Part shown: positions 1 through 11,591 of the stretch, piece after piece
How positions within the stretch are numbered: the stretch's first letter is position 1
Layout: each line of letters opens with the position of its first letter
Assembly (NCBI GenBank): GCA_963778195.1
Contig: CAVZTG010000008.1
Location: 310,898-374,897, forward strand
DNA: 64,000 nucleotides
Source: Terriglobales bacterium
Lineage (GTDB): Bacteria > Acidobacteriota > Terriglobia > Terriglobales > Acidobacteriaceae
Direction: 5' to 3'
Program-made: the position numbers and the translations under genes
The notes under the pieces: generated by a model
Databases searched by the model: none
What the model saw: the letters and a program-made list of their open reading frames with translations, nothing else
Told to the model about the DNA's origin: nothing

Positions 1-564
1 CGCCGGGCGCTGGGCGATCCGGACGACGAGGATTTCGTCTCCGAGGCGCTGATGTATTTTCTCAGCTACTACCGCGAGCACAAGCTGGACTACACGTATG
101 TGTACGAGGGAGTGCATTCGTCGCTGCAGACGCTCGAGAATGCGCTGTCGCAGCTGGAGCCGCGAACGCGCCAGATGCCGAGCATGGCGGTGCTGACGAA
201 CAAGCCGATTGTGCCGTCGCTGGCTATTTGCGAGGCGCTGGACCTCAGCCGATTCTTCTTTCAGATATACGGCGGCAACAGCTTTCACACGAAGAAGCCC
301 GACCCGCTGGGGCTGATCCGGCTGATGGAGGAGGCGGGGGTGACTCCGGCAGAGACCGTGCTGATCGGGGACTCCGACGTAGACGTGCTGACGGCGCGGA
401 ATGCCGATGCGTGGGTCGTGGGCTGCACCTTCGGGCTGTCGCCGCATACGCTGGAGGCGGCTCCGCCGGACATTGTCGTGGATCATGCGGCAGAATGGAC
501 GCGCGCGCTGCTCAGCGAGCAGACGCTATTGCGATTGCAGCGGCAGGCGGTGTCAGCCGAATAG
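1..564 (+). CDS. HAD-IA family hydrolase (phosphoglycolate phosphatase-like), 5-prime end cut by window edge
   Basis: The frame is open from nt 1. HAD C-terminal motifs are present ([18 protein letters not shown]). The stop is at 562-564, and the 3-prime end overlaps the convergent uvrB 3-prime end by 12 nt. Confidence 0.75.
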   Translation, partial: RRALGDPDDEDFVSEALMYFLSYYREHKLDYTYVYEGVHSSLQTLENALSQLEPRTRQMPSMAVLTNKPIVPSLAICEALDLSRFFFQIYGGNSFHTKKPDPLGLIRLMEEAGVTPAETVLIGDSDVDVLTARNADAWVVGCTFGLSPHTLEAAPPDIVVDHAAEWTRALLSEQTLLRLQRQAVSAE

Positions 565-2541
565 GAATTCCTTGGTGCGGAGTTCTTTCACCTGATCGCG
601 CAGCTTGGCCGCGGTCTCGAACTCAAACTTCTTCGCGGCCTCGCGCATCTGGACTTCGAGGCGGCCGATGTAGGCATCCACTTCGGCCTGCGACTTGAAC
701 TCCGGCAGGTCGCCCACTTCCTCGGTCAGATCGGCGTAGTCGGCATTGAGGATCCTGGCCAGTGACATGTCTATCGGGCGGAGGATGGTGGTGGGAGTAA
801 TGCCATTCGCTTCGTTATAGGCGCGCTGCACGTCGCGGCGGCGGTTGGTCTCGTCTATAGCGCGGCGCATGGAGTCGGTCATTTTGTCGGCGTAGAGGAA
901 TGCGCGTCCGTTGACGTTGCGCGCGGCACGGCCCATGGTTTGAATGAGGGAGCCGGCGGAGCGGAGAAATCCCTCTTTGTCGGCGTCGAGCACGGCGACC
1001 AGGGATACCTCGGGCAGGTCGAGGCCTTCGCGAAGGAGGTTGATGCCGATGAGGACGTCGTATTCGCCGCGGCGCAGGTCCCGGAGGAGCTTTACCCGCT
1101 CCAGTGTTTCGATCTCAGAGTGCATGTAGCGGCAGCGGACGCCGACCTCGCCGTAATATCCCGCGAGGTCCTCTGCCATGCGCTTGGTGAGGGTGGTCAC
1201 CAGCACGCGCTCGTTGCGGTCGGCACGGAGGCGAATCTCGGCGAGCAGGTCGTCAATCTGACCGCGGACCGGGCGCACCTCGACGATGGGATCAATGAGG
1301 CCGGTGGGGCGAATGACCTGCTCCACGACGACGCCCGCTGCCTTGGTGAGCTCATAAGGCCCCGGGGTCGCGGAGACGTAGATGGTCTGCTGGGCGCGAC
1401 TCTCAAACTCCTCAAACTTGAGCGGCCGATTGTCGAGGGCGGAAGGCAGCCGGAAACCGTAGTCCACGAGATTCTGCTTGCGGGAGCGGTCGCCGTGCCA
1501 CATGCCATGCAGTTGCGGAACGGTGACGTGGGATTCGTCAATGAACAGCAGATAGTCGCGAGGAAAATAGTCGAGCAGGGTGGGCGGAGCTTCGCCCGGC
1601 AGGCGTCCGGAAAAATGTCGCGAGTAATTCTCGATTCCATGGCAATAGCCGACCGACTTGATCATCTCGAGGTCATAGCGGGTGCGCTGATGGATGCGCT
1701 GGGCCTCGGCGACCCGGCCCTCAAACTCCAACTGGGCTTCCCACTCCGCGAGCTCGGCCAAAATTCCATCCACTGCGGTCTTTCTGCGGTCCGTGCCCAC
1801 CACATAATGACTCTTGGGATAAATGGGCAGTCTTGCCAGCTTCTGCTTGACGGTGCCGAAGAGCGGGTCAATCTGCGACAGGGACTCTATCTCGTCGCCG
1901 AATAACTCGATGCGATAGGCCAGCTCGTCATAGGTGGGATAGACCTCGATGACGTCGCCCCGAACGCGAAAGGTGCCACGTCGAAAGTCCGTGTCATTGC
2001 GCTCGTAGAGTATCTCGACCAGCCGCTTAGTTATGTCTTCGCGGCGAATGCGCTGGCCGCGCTCCAGCATCAGCAGCATTCCGAAATATGCCTCAGGCGA
2101 GCCCAGGCCATAGATACAACTGACCGAGGCAACGATAAGAACATCGCGGCGCTCGAACAAGGAGCGCGTGGCCGAAAGCCGCAACTTATCGAGCTCCTCG
2201 TTGATGGTCGCTTCCTTCTCTATATATAAGTCGCCGGAGGGAATGTACGCCTCCGGCTGGTAATAGTCGTAGTAGGAGACAAAGTATTCGACCGCATTCT
2301 GAGGAAAGAACTGCTTGAACTCATGGAACAACTGTGCGGCGAGCGTCTTGTTTGGGGCGAGAATCAGGGAGGGGCGGTTGAGCTCCTCAATCACCTTGGC
2401 GACGGTGAAGGTCTTGCCCGACCCGGTCACCCCGAGCAGCACCTGATGCAGGTCGCCGGCGCGCACCCCGTCGAGGAGCTGCGCAATCGCGGTGCCCTGG
2501 TCGCCTTTGGGCGTGTAGTCACTGAAAAGACGGAAATCCAT
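553..2541 (-). CDS. uvrB: excinuclease ABC subunit B (UvrB)
   Basis: Intact 662-aa ORF with Walker A GVTGSGKT, helicase motifs (FIDESH, VSATPG) and a C-terminal UVR domain ([21 protein letters not shown]). Confidence 0.97.
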   Translation of the reverse strand: MDFRLFSDYTPKGDQGTAIAQLLDGVRAGDLHQVLLGVTGSGKTFTVAKVIEELNRPSLILAPNKTLAAQLFHEFKQFFPQNAVEYFVSYYDYYQPEAYIPSGDLYIEKEATINEELDKLRLSATRSLFERRDVLIVASVSCIYGLGSPEAYFGMLLMLERGQRIRREDITKRLVEILYERNDTDFRRGTFRVRGDVIEVYPTYDELAYRIELFGDEIESLSQIDPLFGTVKQKLARLPIYPKSHYVVGTDRRKTAVDGILAELAEWEAQLEFEGRVAEAQRIHQRTRYDLEMIKSVGYCHGIENYSRHFSGRLPGEAPPTLLDYFPRDYLLFIDESHVTVPQLHGMWHGDRSRKQNLVDYGFRLPSALDNRPLKFEEFESRAQQTIYVSATPGPYELTKAAGVVVEQVIRPTGLIDPIVEVRPVRGQIDDLLAEIRLRADRNERVLVTTLTKRMAEDLAGYYGEVGVRCRYMHSEIETLERVKLLRDLRRGEYDVLIGINLLREGLDLPEVSLVAVLDADKEGFLRSAGSLIQTMGRAARNVNGRAFLYADKMTDSMRRAIDETNRRRDVQRAYNEANGITPTTILRPIDMSLARILNADYADLTEEVGDLPEFKSQAEVDAYIGRLEVQMREAAKKFEFETAAKLRDQVKELRTKEFLFG

Positions 2542-2632
2542 TGCATCCCTTTGGCCGACGGCCAGCGCGAGCTATTGCCGCGCATTTGAAACCTGGAAGT
2601 GACTGTTTAATTTGTGCGAGAACGATACGCGC

Positions 2633-3178
2633 TTACAACGGCGGCTTCACGTTCCCATATTCATATCTTGAATCAATGACAGATTTGCCGCCGTCGCTGC
2701 TAATCTGCTGACGCAGCATGAGGCCCGACGACTTTGAAATCCAGAATCGCATGTCGAGCGTGGTGCCTCTTGAGGACTCAGAGTGCGAGCTGTAAACCGT
2801 CGTCATCTGGCCGTTGAGCATCTCATCTTTCGCTGGACCGCAGACATCATTGGGGGTCGCCTTCTTCTGTTTCTCCCGGGCTGCGTCTTCCATTTCTTTG
2901 ATGGTGCCGGCCTGACTCCACTTGCCATTGATCTTCATATATAGATTGCCGGCGGCGTAGATGATCTCGGTATCAACGTTCTGGTTGCCCATCTTTGCGG
3001 TTGAGTAGACATGGGTCGGGGTGTTGTGGATCTTGCTGACGACCTCGTCCAGCATCTTTTTCTCCGTCGCACAGCTCGCCTGCGCATGCAGTGCGGACGC
3101 ACCTGAGAGGAGCAGCGCTGCGGTTGCGCCGGTCGCGACGAATCTGGCCGTTGTGCGCGGCAATCTGATCCTGATCAT
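2633..3178 (-). CDS. hypothetical secreted protein (signal peptide, small beta-rich, possibly LolA-like fold)
   Basis: 181-aa ORF with an N-terminal signal-like segment (ATGATAALLLSGASALHAQA). Codon usage is coding-like. No catalytic motif recognised. Confidence 0.55.
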   Translation of the reverse strand: MIRIRLPRTTARFVATGATAALLLSGASALHAQASCATEKKMLDEVVSKIHNTPTHVYSTAKMGNQNVDTEIIYAAGNLYMKINGKWSQAGTIKEMEDAAREKQKKATPNDVCGPAKDEMLNGQMTTVYSSHSESSRGTTLDMRFWISKSSGLMLRQQISSDGGKSVIDSRYEYGNVKPPL

Positions 3179-3233
3179 TGGGCTAGTGTCCTCTCGGCTA
3201 TCGTAAACCGTCTGGCGATACGCGGCGGCCGAG

Positions 3234-4646
3234 CTATGTGGCGGGCTGCTCTTCGGCTATGACGGGGAGCCTGGCCGCATCCCACGCGGCTAAACCGCCG
3301 GCCATCTCGATGAGATTGGTTACGCCGGAGTTGTGCAGAATGCTGGCCGCGATGGAGGAGCGATATCCGCCGGCGCAGTGCACGGCGATACGGCGGTCGC
3401 GCGGGACTTCGGCAATTCTCTCCTGCAGATGATTCAGCGGAATATTTACGCTCTCGGCAATGTGCCTGGTCGCCCACTCGCGCGGATTTCTGATGTCGAG
3501 CACCATGGGCGGCTCGCCGCTCGCCAGCTCCTCTGCCGCCATGGGCGCGCTAACCCGCTCGGTGGTGCGCACGAGCTCGGGCCTGTCGGCGAGCGCATGC
3601 ATGCCACCGTGCAGGTAGCCGGTGACCTGATCAAAGCCGATGCGGCCCAGCCGGAGGGTCGCCTCTTCTTCGCGGCCCGGCTCAGCGATAATGACGATCG
3701 GCCTGGCGCGATCGAGCACGGTGCCCGCCCAGGTGGCGTATTGGCCGCCGAGCCCAATATTGATGCTGCCGGCAAGGTGGCCCTTGGCAAACTCAGCGGC
3801 GTCGCGCACGTCGAGCAACTGGGCTCCCGCGTCTCTCAGTCGAATCGCCTCGTCCAGCTCGATGGGCCGGAGGACCTTCTCCATATTTCTTTCCAGCGTC
3901 ACCCGCTCCTGCGTATTCAGAATCGCGTCGTAGGTGAAATATTGCGGCGCATCGGGCTGGTCGGCGGTGACCAGCTGAATGAATTCCTGCTTAGACATTG
4001 GCTGCAATGCGTAATTGAATCGCCGCTGATCGCCGAGTGATGAAACGGTGTCGGAGGAAAGCTGCTTGCCGCAGAGCGATCCCGCGCCGTGCGCCGGATA
4101 GACGAGGGTCTGGTCAGGAAGGGTCAACAACTTATCGCGCAGCGAATCGTAGAGATGGGCGCCGAGATCATTCGCCGTCCAGCCGAGCGACGCGCGCAAG
4201 TCAGGACGGCCGACATCGCCGATGAACAGCGTATCGCCGGTCAGGACTGCGTATGGATTGGTCGCGCTTTTTGCCAGGTCGAAAACCAGAATCGAGATGG
4301 ACTCGATGGTGTGGCCGGGCGTCTCGAGCACCTGCAAACGCATGCCAGGAGTTTCGATGGTGTCGCCATCTTTCATCGGCACAAATGCATATTCCGCCTT
4401 AGCGCGGGCACCGAGATGGATGGCCGCGCCGCAATGATCGCGCAGCTCGAGATGTCCGGCGACAAAGTCGGCGTGAAAGTGGGAGAGGAAAACGTGACGA
4501 ATCTCGAGGCCGAACTTCTCGGCGTCGTCGAGATATTGCTGGATGTCGCGCTGCGGATCAACGATGACGGCGGTGGCGCTGGCTTCATCTCCGAGCAGGT
4601 AGGAGGCGTGCGCCAGGCAGCCGAGGTAATACTGTTTCAGAATCAC
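3234..4646 (-). CDS. MBL-fold persulfide-dioxygenase-like hydrolase fused to two rhodanese domains
   Basis: 470-aa ORF with the metallo-beta-lactamase motif HFHADFVAGH. The C-terminal half carries two rhodanese-like segments, the last with the active-site loop HCAGGYRS. Confidence 0.8.
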   Translation of the reverse strand: MILKQYYLGCLAHASYLLGDEASATAVIVDPQRDIQQYLDDAEKFGLEIRHVFLSHFHADFVAGHLELRDHCGAAIHLGARAKAEYAFVPMKDGDTIETPGMRLQVLETPGHTIESISILVFDLAKSATNPYAVLTGDTLFIGDVGRPDLRASLGWTANDLGAHLYDSLRDKLLTLPDQTLVYPAHGAGSLCGKQLSSDTVSSLGDQRRFNYALQPMSKQEFIQLVTADQPDAPQYFTYDAILNTQERVTLERNMEKVLRPIELDEAIRLRDAGAQLLDVRDAAEFAKGHLAGSINIGLGGQYATWAGTVLDRARPIVIIAEPGREEEATLRLGRIGFDQVTGYLHGGMHALADRPELVRTTERVSAPMAAEELASGEPPMVLDIRNPREWATRHIAESVNIPLNHLQERIAEVPRDRRIAVHCAGGYRSSIAASILHNSGVTNLIEMAGGLAAWDAARLPVIAEEQPAT

Positions 4647-4685
4647 AAACTCTTCCCTTCACGCCGGACAAGCCGGTCCACATGA

Positions 4686-5345
4686 TTATTTCGGCTGAGC
4701 AACGACACGAAGGTAGGGCTTCACCGCTTTCCAGCCGGAGGGGAACATGGTCTTAGCGTCGTCGTCGGAGACCGAGCCAAGGATAATCACGTCGTCGCCA
4801 TTTTTCCAGTTCGCCGGGGTGGCGACTTTGTGTTTCACGGTCATCTGCATCGAGTCGAGCACGCGCAGAATCTCGTCGAAGTTGCGGCCGGTGGTCATGG
4901 GATAGGTCATCATCAGCTTGATTTTTTTGTCGGGGCCGATGATGAAGACGGAGCGGACGGTCGCGTTGGTGGCGGCGGTGCGGCCCTCGGAGGTGCCCGC
5001 TTCTTCGGCCGGAAGCATGTTGTAAAGCTTGGCGATGGACAGGTCGGTGTCGCCGATCATCGGATATTTCACCGCGGAGCCCTGCGTCTCTTCAATATCC
5101 GCGGCCCACTGGCTGTGCTTCTCGACGGGATCAACCGAGAGGCCGATGAGCTTGGTGTTCCGCCTGGTGAACTCGGGCTCGATCCGCGCCATGTAGCCCA
5201 ACTCGGTGGTGCAGACGGGAGTGAAATCCTTGGGATGGGAAAAGAGCACAGCCCAGCCATCGCCAATCCACTGGTGAAAATCGATTTTGCCATGTGTAGT
5301 TTGAGCGCTGAAATCGGGCGCCGTGTCATTGATGCGAAGCGACAT
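4686..5345 (-). CDS. 1-Cys peroxiredoxin (Prx6-type)
   Basis: The start is taken at MSLRINDTAPDF (ATG at 5345-5343). The peroxidatic motif is FTPVCTTE. The longer ORF-track version (to 5528) runs through the tRNA gene and was trimmed. Confidence 0.9.
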   Translation of the reverse strand: MSLRINDTAPDFSAQTTHGKIDFHQWIGDGWAVLFSHPKDFTPVCTTELGYMARIEPEFTRRNTKLIGLSVDPVEKHSQWAADIEETQGSAVKYPMIGDTDLSIAKLYNMLPAEEAGTSEGRTAATNATVRSVFIIGPDKKIKLMMTYPMTTGRNFDEILRVLDSMQMTVKHKVATPANWKNGDDVIILGSVSDDDAKTMFPSGWKAVKPYLRVVAQPK

Positions 5346-5375
5346 TCTCGTCTCCTTGCAGTGAGATGATTGAGT

Positions 5376-5462
5376 TGGTGCCGGGAGGGGGGGTCGAACC
5401 CCCACGAGGTTGCCCTCGGCGGATTTTGAGTCCGCTGCGTCTGCCAGTTCCGCCATCCCGGC
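5376..5462 (-). tRNA. tRNA-Leu (anticodon CAA), class II with long variable arm, CCA encoded
   Basis: The minus strand reads GCCGGGATGGCGGAACTGGCAGACGCAGCGGACTCAAAATCCGCCGAGGGCAACCTCGTGGGGGTTCGACCCCCCCTCCCGGCACCA. Acceptor stem GCCGGGA/TCCCGGC, anticodon stem GCGGA/TCCGC with loop CTCAAAA, T-arm GGGGG-TTCGACC-CCCCC. Confidence 0.93.
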
Positions 5463-5487
5463 GGCACCATTCAGGGTACCATTCCGC

Positions 5488-8400
5488 CTATTCTGGAGTC
5501 TCGGTGGCCGGGCCCGCAGCGGGCGCATTCAACTGGCCGGGATGCCGCTTGGGGGTGATCTTTTCCAGCGCCACTTTGAAGATCACGTAGAGCACGGGGA
5601 TGAAGAACAGATTCAGCACGGTGGAAACGCATCATGCCGCCGACGATGGTGGTTCCGACGGAGCGCCGCCCCAGCGCGCCCGCGCCTGACGCGATCGCCA
5701 GCGGCAAGACGCCGAGGATGAATGCGAAAGAGGTCATCAGGATCGGACGCAGCCGCAGCTCGCCGGCTTCAATGGCGGCGTCCACAATGGTGCGGCCCTT
5801 GGCGCGGAGCTGCTCGGCGAATTCGACGATCAGAATGGCGTTCTTCGCCGAGAGCCCGATGAGCAGCACCAGGCCGATCTGACAGTAGACATCGTTTGCC
5901 ATTCCGCGCATTGAAACGGCAGAGCAGCGCACCCAGCACGGCCGTTGGAACGGCAAGCAGAATGATGAACGGCAGCGCGAAGCTTTCATACTGCGCCGAC
6001 AAGGTGAGATAGACGACGAGAATGCCGAGCCCGAAGATGATGATCGCCTTGCCGCCGGACTCGATCTCTTCGAGCGACAAGCCGGTCCAGGAATAGGCCA
6101 TGCCCTGCAGCATGTTTTCCTTGGCGAGCTTCTCCATGGCCTTCAGCGCCTGGTCGGAGGAGAGCCCGGGCGCGCCGGAGCCGTCGATTTCGGCCGAGCG
6201 GAAGAGGTTGTAGTGAGTGATAACCTGCGGGCCCGGAGTTCTCTGGATGCGTCACCAGATTATCCAGCGGAACCATCTGGCCGCTGTCCGAGCGCACGTA
6301 GAGCTGGCGCAGATCCCTGGCCGTCATGCGGAAGGGTTCGTCGGCCTGGACATATACGCGATAGGAGCGGTTGTTGAAGTCGAAGTCATTGACATACTCC
6401 GAGCCCATGTAGACCGACAGCGCTCCGTTGATCTGGGCCAGAGCTACATGCCATGGTCTTGGCTTTTTCGCGATCGATGTCTGACCAGCAGCTGCGGGTC
6501 GTTAGAGGTATAGCTGGTGTAGAGGCCAGTTAGCTCCTTGCCGGCGCGGCTGGCACCGACGATCTTGTGAGCGACGACGTCGAGGTCCTGCAGCGTATTG
6601 CGGCCCAGGTCCTGTAGCTCAAACTGGAAGCCGCCGAAGGTGCCTGATGCCCTGGATGGCGGGTGGCTCGAACAGGACCACGAGTCCGCCGGGGACGCCG
6701 AAGAGCTTGCGGCGATAGATAGGCCTGGATGGACGGCCGCGGTGTGCCCGTGGCCCTTCTTCGTGCGTATGTTGATGCGACTTCAGCGGCACGAAGATGA
6801 CGCCGTAATTGGAAGCGGAACCGCCGGTCAGGCTGAATCCCATGATCGAGAAGGTGCCGTAGACGTCGTCGTCGGCCAGCATCAGGTTCGACGGCCTTTT
6901 CGGCGACGGAGCTGGTGTAGGTCAGCGACGCACCCGGCGGGGCCTGCACGACGCAGATGAGATAGTTCTGGTCCTCGGAAGGAATGAAGGCGGTGGGCAC
7001 GGCCGTATACATATAACCGGTTGCGCCCAACGCGAGGACAAACAGCACCAGCATCAGGTAGCGGAGTTGCAGGACGTGGTGAATGGCGATGCCGTACCAG
7101 CGGGAGACCGCCTGGATGGAGCGGTCAACATATCCGAAGATGCCCCACTTCTCTTTTTCTCCCCGCAGAAAGAGAGCGGCGAGGGCGGGCGACAGGGTGA
7201 GCGCGTTGAATGCCGAGATGGCGATTGAAAAGGCGATGGTCAGGGAGAACTGGCGGTAGAGAATGCCGGTTGTGCCGGGAAAGAATGCGACCGGGATAAA
7301 CACGGATACGAGGACGAGCGAGGTTGCGATGACGGCGCTGGTGACCTCGCTCATGGCGATGGACGTGGCGATATGGGGCTCGGAGTGATCGTCCGAAATA
7401 TGGCGCTGGACGTTCTCAATGACCACGATGGCGTCGTCAACGACCAGGCCGGTGGCGAGCGTGATTCCGAACATGGTCAACGAATTGATGGAGAAGCCGA
7501 AGACCTTGAGGAACGCGAAGGTGCCGATGAGCGAGACCGGGATGGTGATGGCGGGGATGATGGTGGCGCGCCAATCCAGCAGGAAGAAGAAGATGACCAC
7601 GATGACGATGACGATTGCTTCGAGCAGCGTGTAGACCACTTCGCGGATGGAGTCGCCGACGACGGTGGTCACGTCAAACGGGATTTCGTATTTCAGCCCC
7701 GGGGGAAAGGAGGTTGATAACTCCTCGAGCTTGGCCTTCGCGAGCTTGTCGACCTCGAGCGCATTTGCATTGCTGAGTTGCTGAACGCCGATACCTACAG
7801 ATTCCTGGTTGCTGTATTTCAGATCGGTGCTGTAGCTCTCCGCGCCTAACTCCGCGCGACCCACATCACGCAGCAGCACCAGGCCATTGCTGGCGTGTTT
7901 TTGACGACGATGTGGTCGAACTCGTCGGCGGATAGACAAGCGGCCCACGGCACGGATCGGCAGCTGGAAGTTCTGCGACGGGTCAGAGGGCGGCTGGCCC
8001 AGCTGTCCGGCGGGAATCTCGACGTTCTGCTCCTGCAGAGCGCTGACCACATCGAGGGCGGTGAGGCCGCGCGCGGCCAACTTCACCGGGTCGAGCCAGA
8101 TGCGCATGGCATATTTGCGCTCGCCGAAGATGACCACATCGCCGACGCCGGGAATTCTCTTCAGCGCGTCTTTGACATAGATGTCGAGGTAGTTGCTGAT
8201 GAACTTGTCGTCGTAGCGATGGTCAGGGCGAGGTGAAGGCGGCGCCGAAGACGAAGTTGCTGTTCGCCTTGCTGATGGTGATGCCGGTATTGATTACTTC
8301 CTGCGGCAGGCGTCCCTGCGCGGCCGAAACGCGGTTCTGCACGTCTACCGCGGCGATGTCGAGGCTGTAATCGGTGCGAAAGGTGGTCGTGATCGCGCTG

Positions 8401-8663
8401 GTTCCGTCATTGCTGCTGGTGGAGGAGATGTAGCGCATGCCCTCGACGCCGTTAATCTGCTGCTCCATCGGAATGGTGACGGCGGACTCGACCACCTGCG
8501 AGTTCGCACCAATGTAGTTGGCCGAGACGACGAGTTGCGGCGGCGCAAGATGTGGGTACAGGGCGATGGGCAGGGTCGGAATAGTCACCGCGCCCGCCAG
8601 CATGATCAGCAGTGCGCAGACTGTCGCAAAAACAGGCCTCTTGATAAAGAAGTCTACAAACAC
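5488..8663 (-). pseudogene. RND (AcrB/HAE1-type) efflux permease, full length but broken by about 10 or more frame changes
   Basis: One continuous AcrB-like protein can be traced across ORFs 8223-8663, 6530-8137, 7846-8052, 6619-6882, 5986-6408, 5769-6137 and 5471-5989 in all three frames, for example [82 protein letters not shown]. Manual translation gives the C-terminus [23 protein letters not shown] with a TAG stop at 5488-5490. Confidence 0.85.
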
Positions 8664-8683
8664 TTAGGGTGTCTCTGCTTTCT

Positions 8684-9786
8684 TCAGCCAAGAGGCTGTA
8701 CTGGGGCTCCATCAACCAGAAATTGCGTGCCGGAGACGATCACCTTATCTCCAACTTTCAAACCGGACGGCACGTTATAGGTGTTACCCACGGTTTCACC
8801 AAGCGTGATGGCTCTCTGCTTGGCCACGTAACCCTGCCCGGAGGCCTCGGCCACGTAGACGAACGCCTGGTCGCCGATTCGGTTTACCGCGAGCACGGGA
8901 ACGACGGTGCTGGGCTTGACGTCCCAGATGACTTTGGCGGTGACCAGCTGGAGATTGCGCAGCTTCTCTTTGCTGCCGGTGACCGGCGTCTTGACCAGAA
9001 TTCCCTGCAGCTGATTGTCCACCTGCGGGGAGATGAAATAGATCTTCGTGTCGTCGAGGTCGTTGCCCTTGGTATCCATCAATTGAACGGGCAGGCCGTT
9101 GCGAACCTCGGCGGCGCGCTCGGCGGGTATATAGATGTAGGCCTCGAGCTCGTCGTTCTTATCCACCGTGGTGAGCAGGGTGGTGGGAGAGACGTAATCG
9201 CCGAGGTGGACGGGGATGTCGCCGACGATGCCGTCAAACGGCGCTGCCAGACGGTAGTATCCCAGCTGCTGCTTCTGCGACTGATGCCGGCGACGTTGGC
9301 TTCGTAATCGTTCTGGGCGTCTTTGAACGCCTCCTCCGCCTGCTCCATCGCGTCTCTGCTGATGACGCCGTCGGCATAGAGTTTGCGCTGCCGCACGACC
9401 TGGACCTGTTGATAGTCGTAAACAGCGAGCTTCTGCTGCTCGGTGGATTGCTGCTGGGCGAGCGAGGCCTTCTGCTTGAGCGGATCAATCTCCATCAGCA
9501 CCTGGCCGGTCTTGACATGATCGCCGGAGTGGACATTGATCTTGACGATGTTGCCATCAACCTGTGGCTGAATGGTGGCCGACTGCCGGGATTTAATTGT
9601 CGCCACGAATTCGTCGCTGCGAGGGACGGGGGCCATGCTGATGGCGGAGATCTGGACGGGCAAGGCGTGCATGCCGGCCTGAGGAGCGGCAGCGGGCTTT
9701 TGGCACGCGGCCAGGGCAACGACAGCGAGCGTAAGAAACGGCAGCAGCACTCTGCTGCGAAGAACCGTGTAATGAGACATGGACAT
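8684..9786 (-). pseudogene. RND membrane-fusion (AcrA-type periplasmic adaptor) lipoprotein, one frameshift near 9280
   Basis: Starts at MSMSHYTVLRSRVLLPFLTLAVVALAAC, which contains a lipobox. Around 9280 the frame moves from the 9079-10068 ORF (..YEANVAGI) to the frame of the 8684-9166 ORF (QSQKQQLGYYRLAAPFDGIVGDIPVHLGDYV..). The stop lies 20 nt upstream of the RND gene start. Confidence 0.85.
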
Positions 9787-10076
9787 CAGTGGCCTTCCCT
9801 GAATCTTGTAGCTAAAGTTGCTTTTTGGATGATCTTGCGGGCGGAGCTTTGTGAAGTTCGGTCTTTGATGGTCAAGGGTGCAAGAAGTCGCAAATTGTTT
9901 CCAGAAATAGTGATTCAACGATATCTTAATGCCGGTGCGGTGGCTGAAGCGCTGGTATTTCGCAGTGTAAATACGTTGGACTATCCCACGGTCATTGCTG
10001 CTGCGGGCTGAAAAGCGTGTACGGGCTGAAAAGGCGAGGCCGGCCAGGTGCCGGTTCCGGGTTGGCACAGGGGAAT

Positions 10077-11588
10077 TCAGTTTGATTGCTGATCGCCCGC
10101 GGTGGCTGTGGCGGGCTCGCCGGTTGAGGCGCTGGTGGATTCAACGTCGCCGGGAGCCGGGTGCTCTGCCGGAGTCAACGGAATTCGCACGGTGAAGCGG
10201 GTGCGACCGGGGCGCGACTCGAGCAGTATCTCGCCGCCGCATTTCGCCACTTTGCGCTGCACAATATCCAACCCAAGGCCGGTGCCTTTGCCGACCTCTT
10301 TGGTGGTGAAGAAGGGATCGAAGATCTGATTTTGCAAATCGGGCGGGATTCCGGGGCCGTTGTCTTCGATGGCGACGGTGATGGCTCCGGGCTCGACGGC
10401 GGTCTCGATCAAAATTTTCCCGCCTTCGGGGACGGCGTCAATTGCGTTGTCCAGCAGGTTGGTCCAAACCTGCGGCATTCCATTGGTAGCGATATGCAAT
10501 GGCGGCAGGGAGGGCGCGAACTTCTTTTCGAGATGGATATTTTTGGAGCGAAGTTTGTAACCCAAAATCAGCAATGCGCTGCGCAGGGTGTCGTGGACGT
10601 CCATGTTGCGGTCCCCGACCGAGCCGGAGGAGTATTTCTTCACCGCGGTGACGAGCTCGGTGATGCGGGAGACACTCTCCTCAACCGTCTGCAGCAGCCC
10701 CATGCTGGAGCCGAGCGCCTCGAGCCAGTTGAGGGCGTCGGAAAAGACCTTGCCTTTTAACTCGTGCTGCGCGCAGTCAAGGTCCTCAATGGTGAGGCCC
10801 TGGCCGACGAGCGGGGGAGCGAGCTTCCAGGCGTTTTCAACGCCATGCTGCTCCAGCCAATCGGCCATCTTCTCTTCCCTGTCCGACTGCTCGAGGGTGC
10901 CGAGGCCGGATGCGGGAGCACCGCCGTAGATGCCCTGCTGCAAGTGAGCGAGGCATTCGAGCTGATCGGTGGTGAGGGGGGACTCGCACAAGCGCAAACT
11001 AATCTGCTGCATGCGAATCAGATTTTGCCGCAGCTGGGCCGCGGACCGCTGCGCTGCCGCACTGGGATTGTTGAGCTCATGCATGAGGCCGGCGGCGAGG
11101 GTACCGATAGAGATCATCTTTTCGCGCTGCATGACGGTGAACTGGAACGACTGAATCCGCTTCGCCAGGCTGCCCATGATGGCCTTGCGAATCTCGGGGC
11201 AGTGGGTCATCAGCTCGGTGATGTCAGGGGGAGGAATTCGCAGGAAGGTGCTGTCTTTGGTGATCTCGAGCTCGGCCCGGGTGGGCTCGCCGGTGAAGAG
11301 CGGGGACTCGCCGACGAGTTCGTTGCCCTTGCTTTGGGAGAGCAGCAGGCGGTCGTTGCCGGTGGGGAGAAACAGGTTGAAGGCTCCGTCGAGATGGACC
11401 CAGAGGTCGGTAATCAAGGTGCCGGGGGTGACCGGCTTGTCTCCCACCGACGCGTAGAGGAGCTCAGCGCGGCCGATGAGGGCCCGTTGTTCTTCGCAGA
11501 GGCTTTGGAAAATCGGCACCTGGCGCAGGCGATCGATGAGTGCGTCTATGCCGCCGGGATAACTCGATGCTGGCAGGTTGCGAATCAT
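10077..11588 (-). CDS. sensor histidine kinase with N-terminal cyclic-nucleotide-binding-like domain
   Basis: Intact 503-aa ORF. The N-terminus resembles a cNMP-binding/CAP effector fold (VPIFQSLCEEQRALIGRAELL..GESPLFTGEPTRAELE). H-box at LMHELNNP. HATPase N/G boxes at NLLDNAIDA, DNGPGI and GTGLGL. Confidence 0.85.
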   Translation of the reverse strand: MIRNLPASSYPGGIDALIDRLRQVPIFQSLCEEQRALIGRAELLYASVGDKPVTPGTLITDLWVHLDGAFNLFLPTGNDRLLLSQSKGNELVGESPLFTGEPTRAELEITKDSTFLRIPPPDITELMTHCPEIRKAIMGSLAKRIQSFQFTVMQREKMISIGTLAAGLMHELNNPSAAAQRSAAQLRQNLIRMQQISLRLCESPLTTDQLECLAHLQQGIYGGAPASGLGTLEQSDREEKMADWLEQHGVENAWKLAPPLVGQGLTIEDLDCAQHELKGKVFSDALNWLEALGSSMGLLQTVEESVSRITELVTAVKKYSSGSVGDRNMDVHDTLRSALLILGYKLRSKNIHLEKKFAPSLPPLHIATNGMPQVWTNLLDNAIDAVPEGGKILIETAVEPGAITVAIEDNGPGIPPDLQNQIFDPFFTTKEVGKGTGLGLDIVQRKVAKCGGEILLESRPGRTRFTVRIPLTPAEHPAPGDVESTSASTGEPATATAGDQQSN

Positions 11589-11591
11589 CTG

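Noticed and set aside
940-1905. Long antisense ORFs opposite real genes. Examples: 940-1905 opposite uvrB, 16596-17747 opposite pruA, 14985-15998 opposite the S15 hydrolase, 44846-45931 opposite DegT, 59553-60626 opposite leuC, 56956-58185 opposite the leuA-like gene, 46384-47700 opposite acs, and 42536-43672 and 42816-43739 over hflX.
   Set aside because: This is typical high-GC shadow-ORF behaviour. The translations are Arg/Gly/Ala/Pro-rich with no recognisable motifs, while the opposite strand encodes clearly conserved proteins along its whole length.
4686-5528. 280-aa version of the peroxiredoxin ORF extending upstream.
   Set aside because: The extra 61 codons translate the tRNA-Leu gene (..GMAELADAADSKSAEGNLVGV..). 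The conserved Prx sequence starts at the internal ATG at 5345.
5376-9786. Genomic island or integrative element at tRNA-Leu.
   Set aside because: There is no integrase, no direct repeat of the tRNA 3-prime end and no mobility genes. The adjacent genes are an ordinary, though decayed, RND pump.
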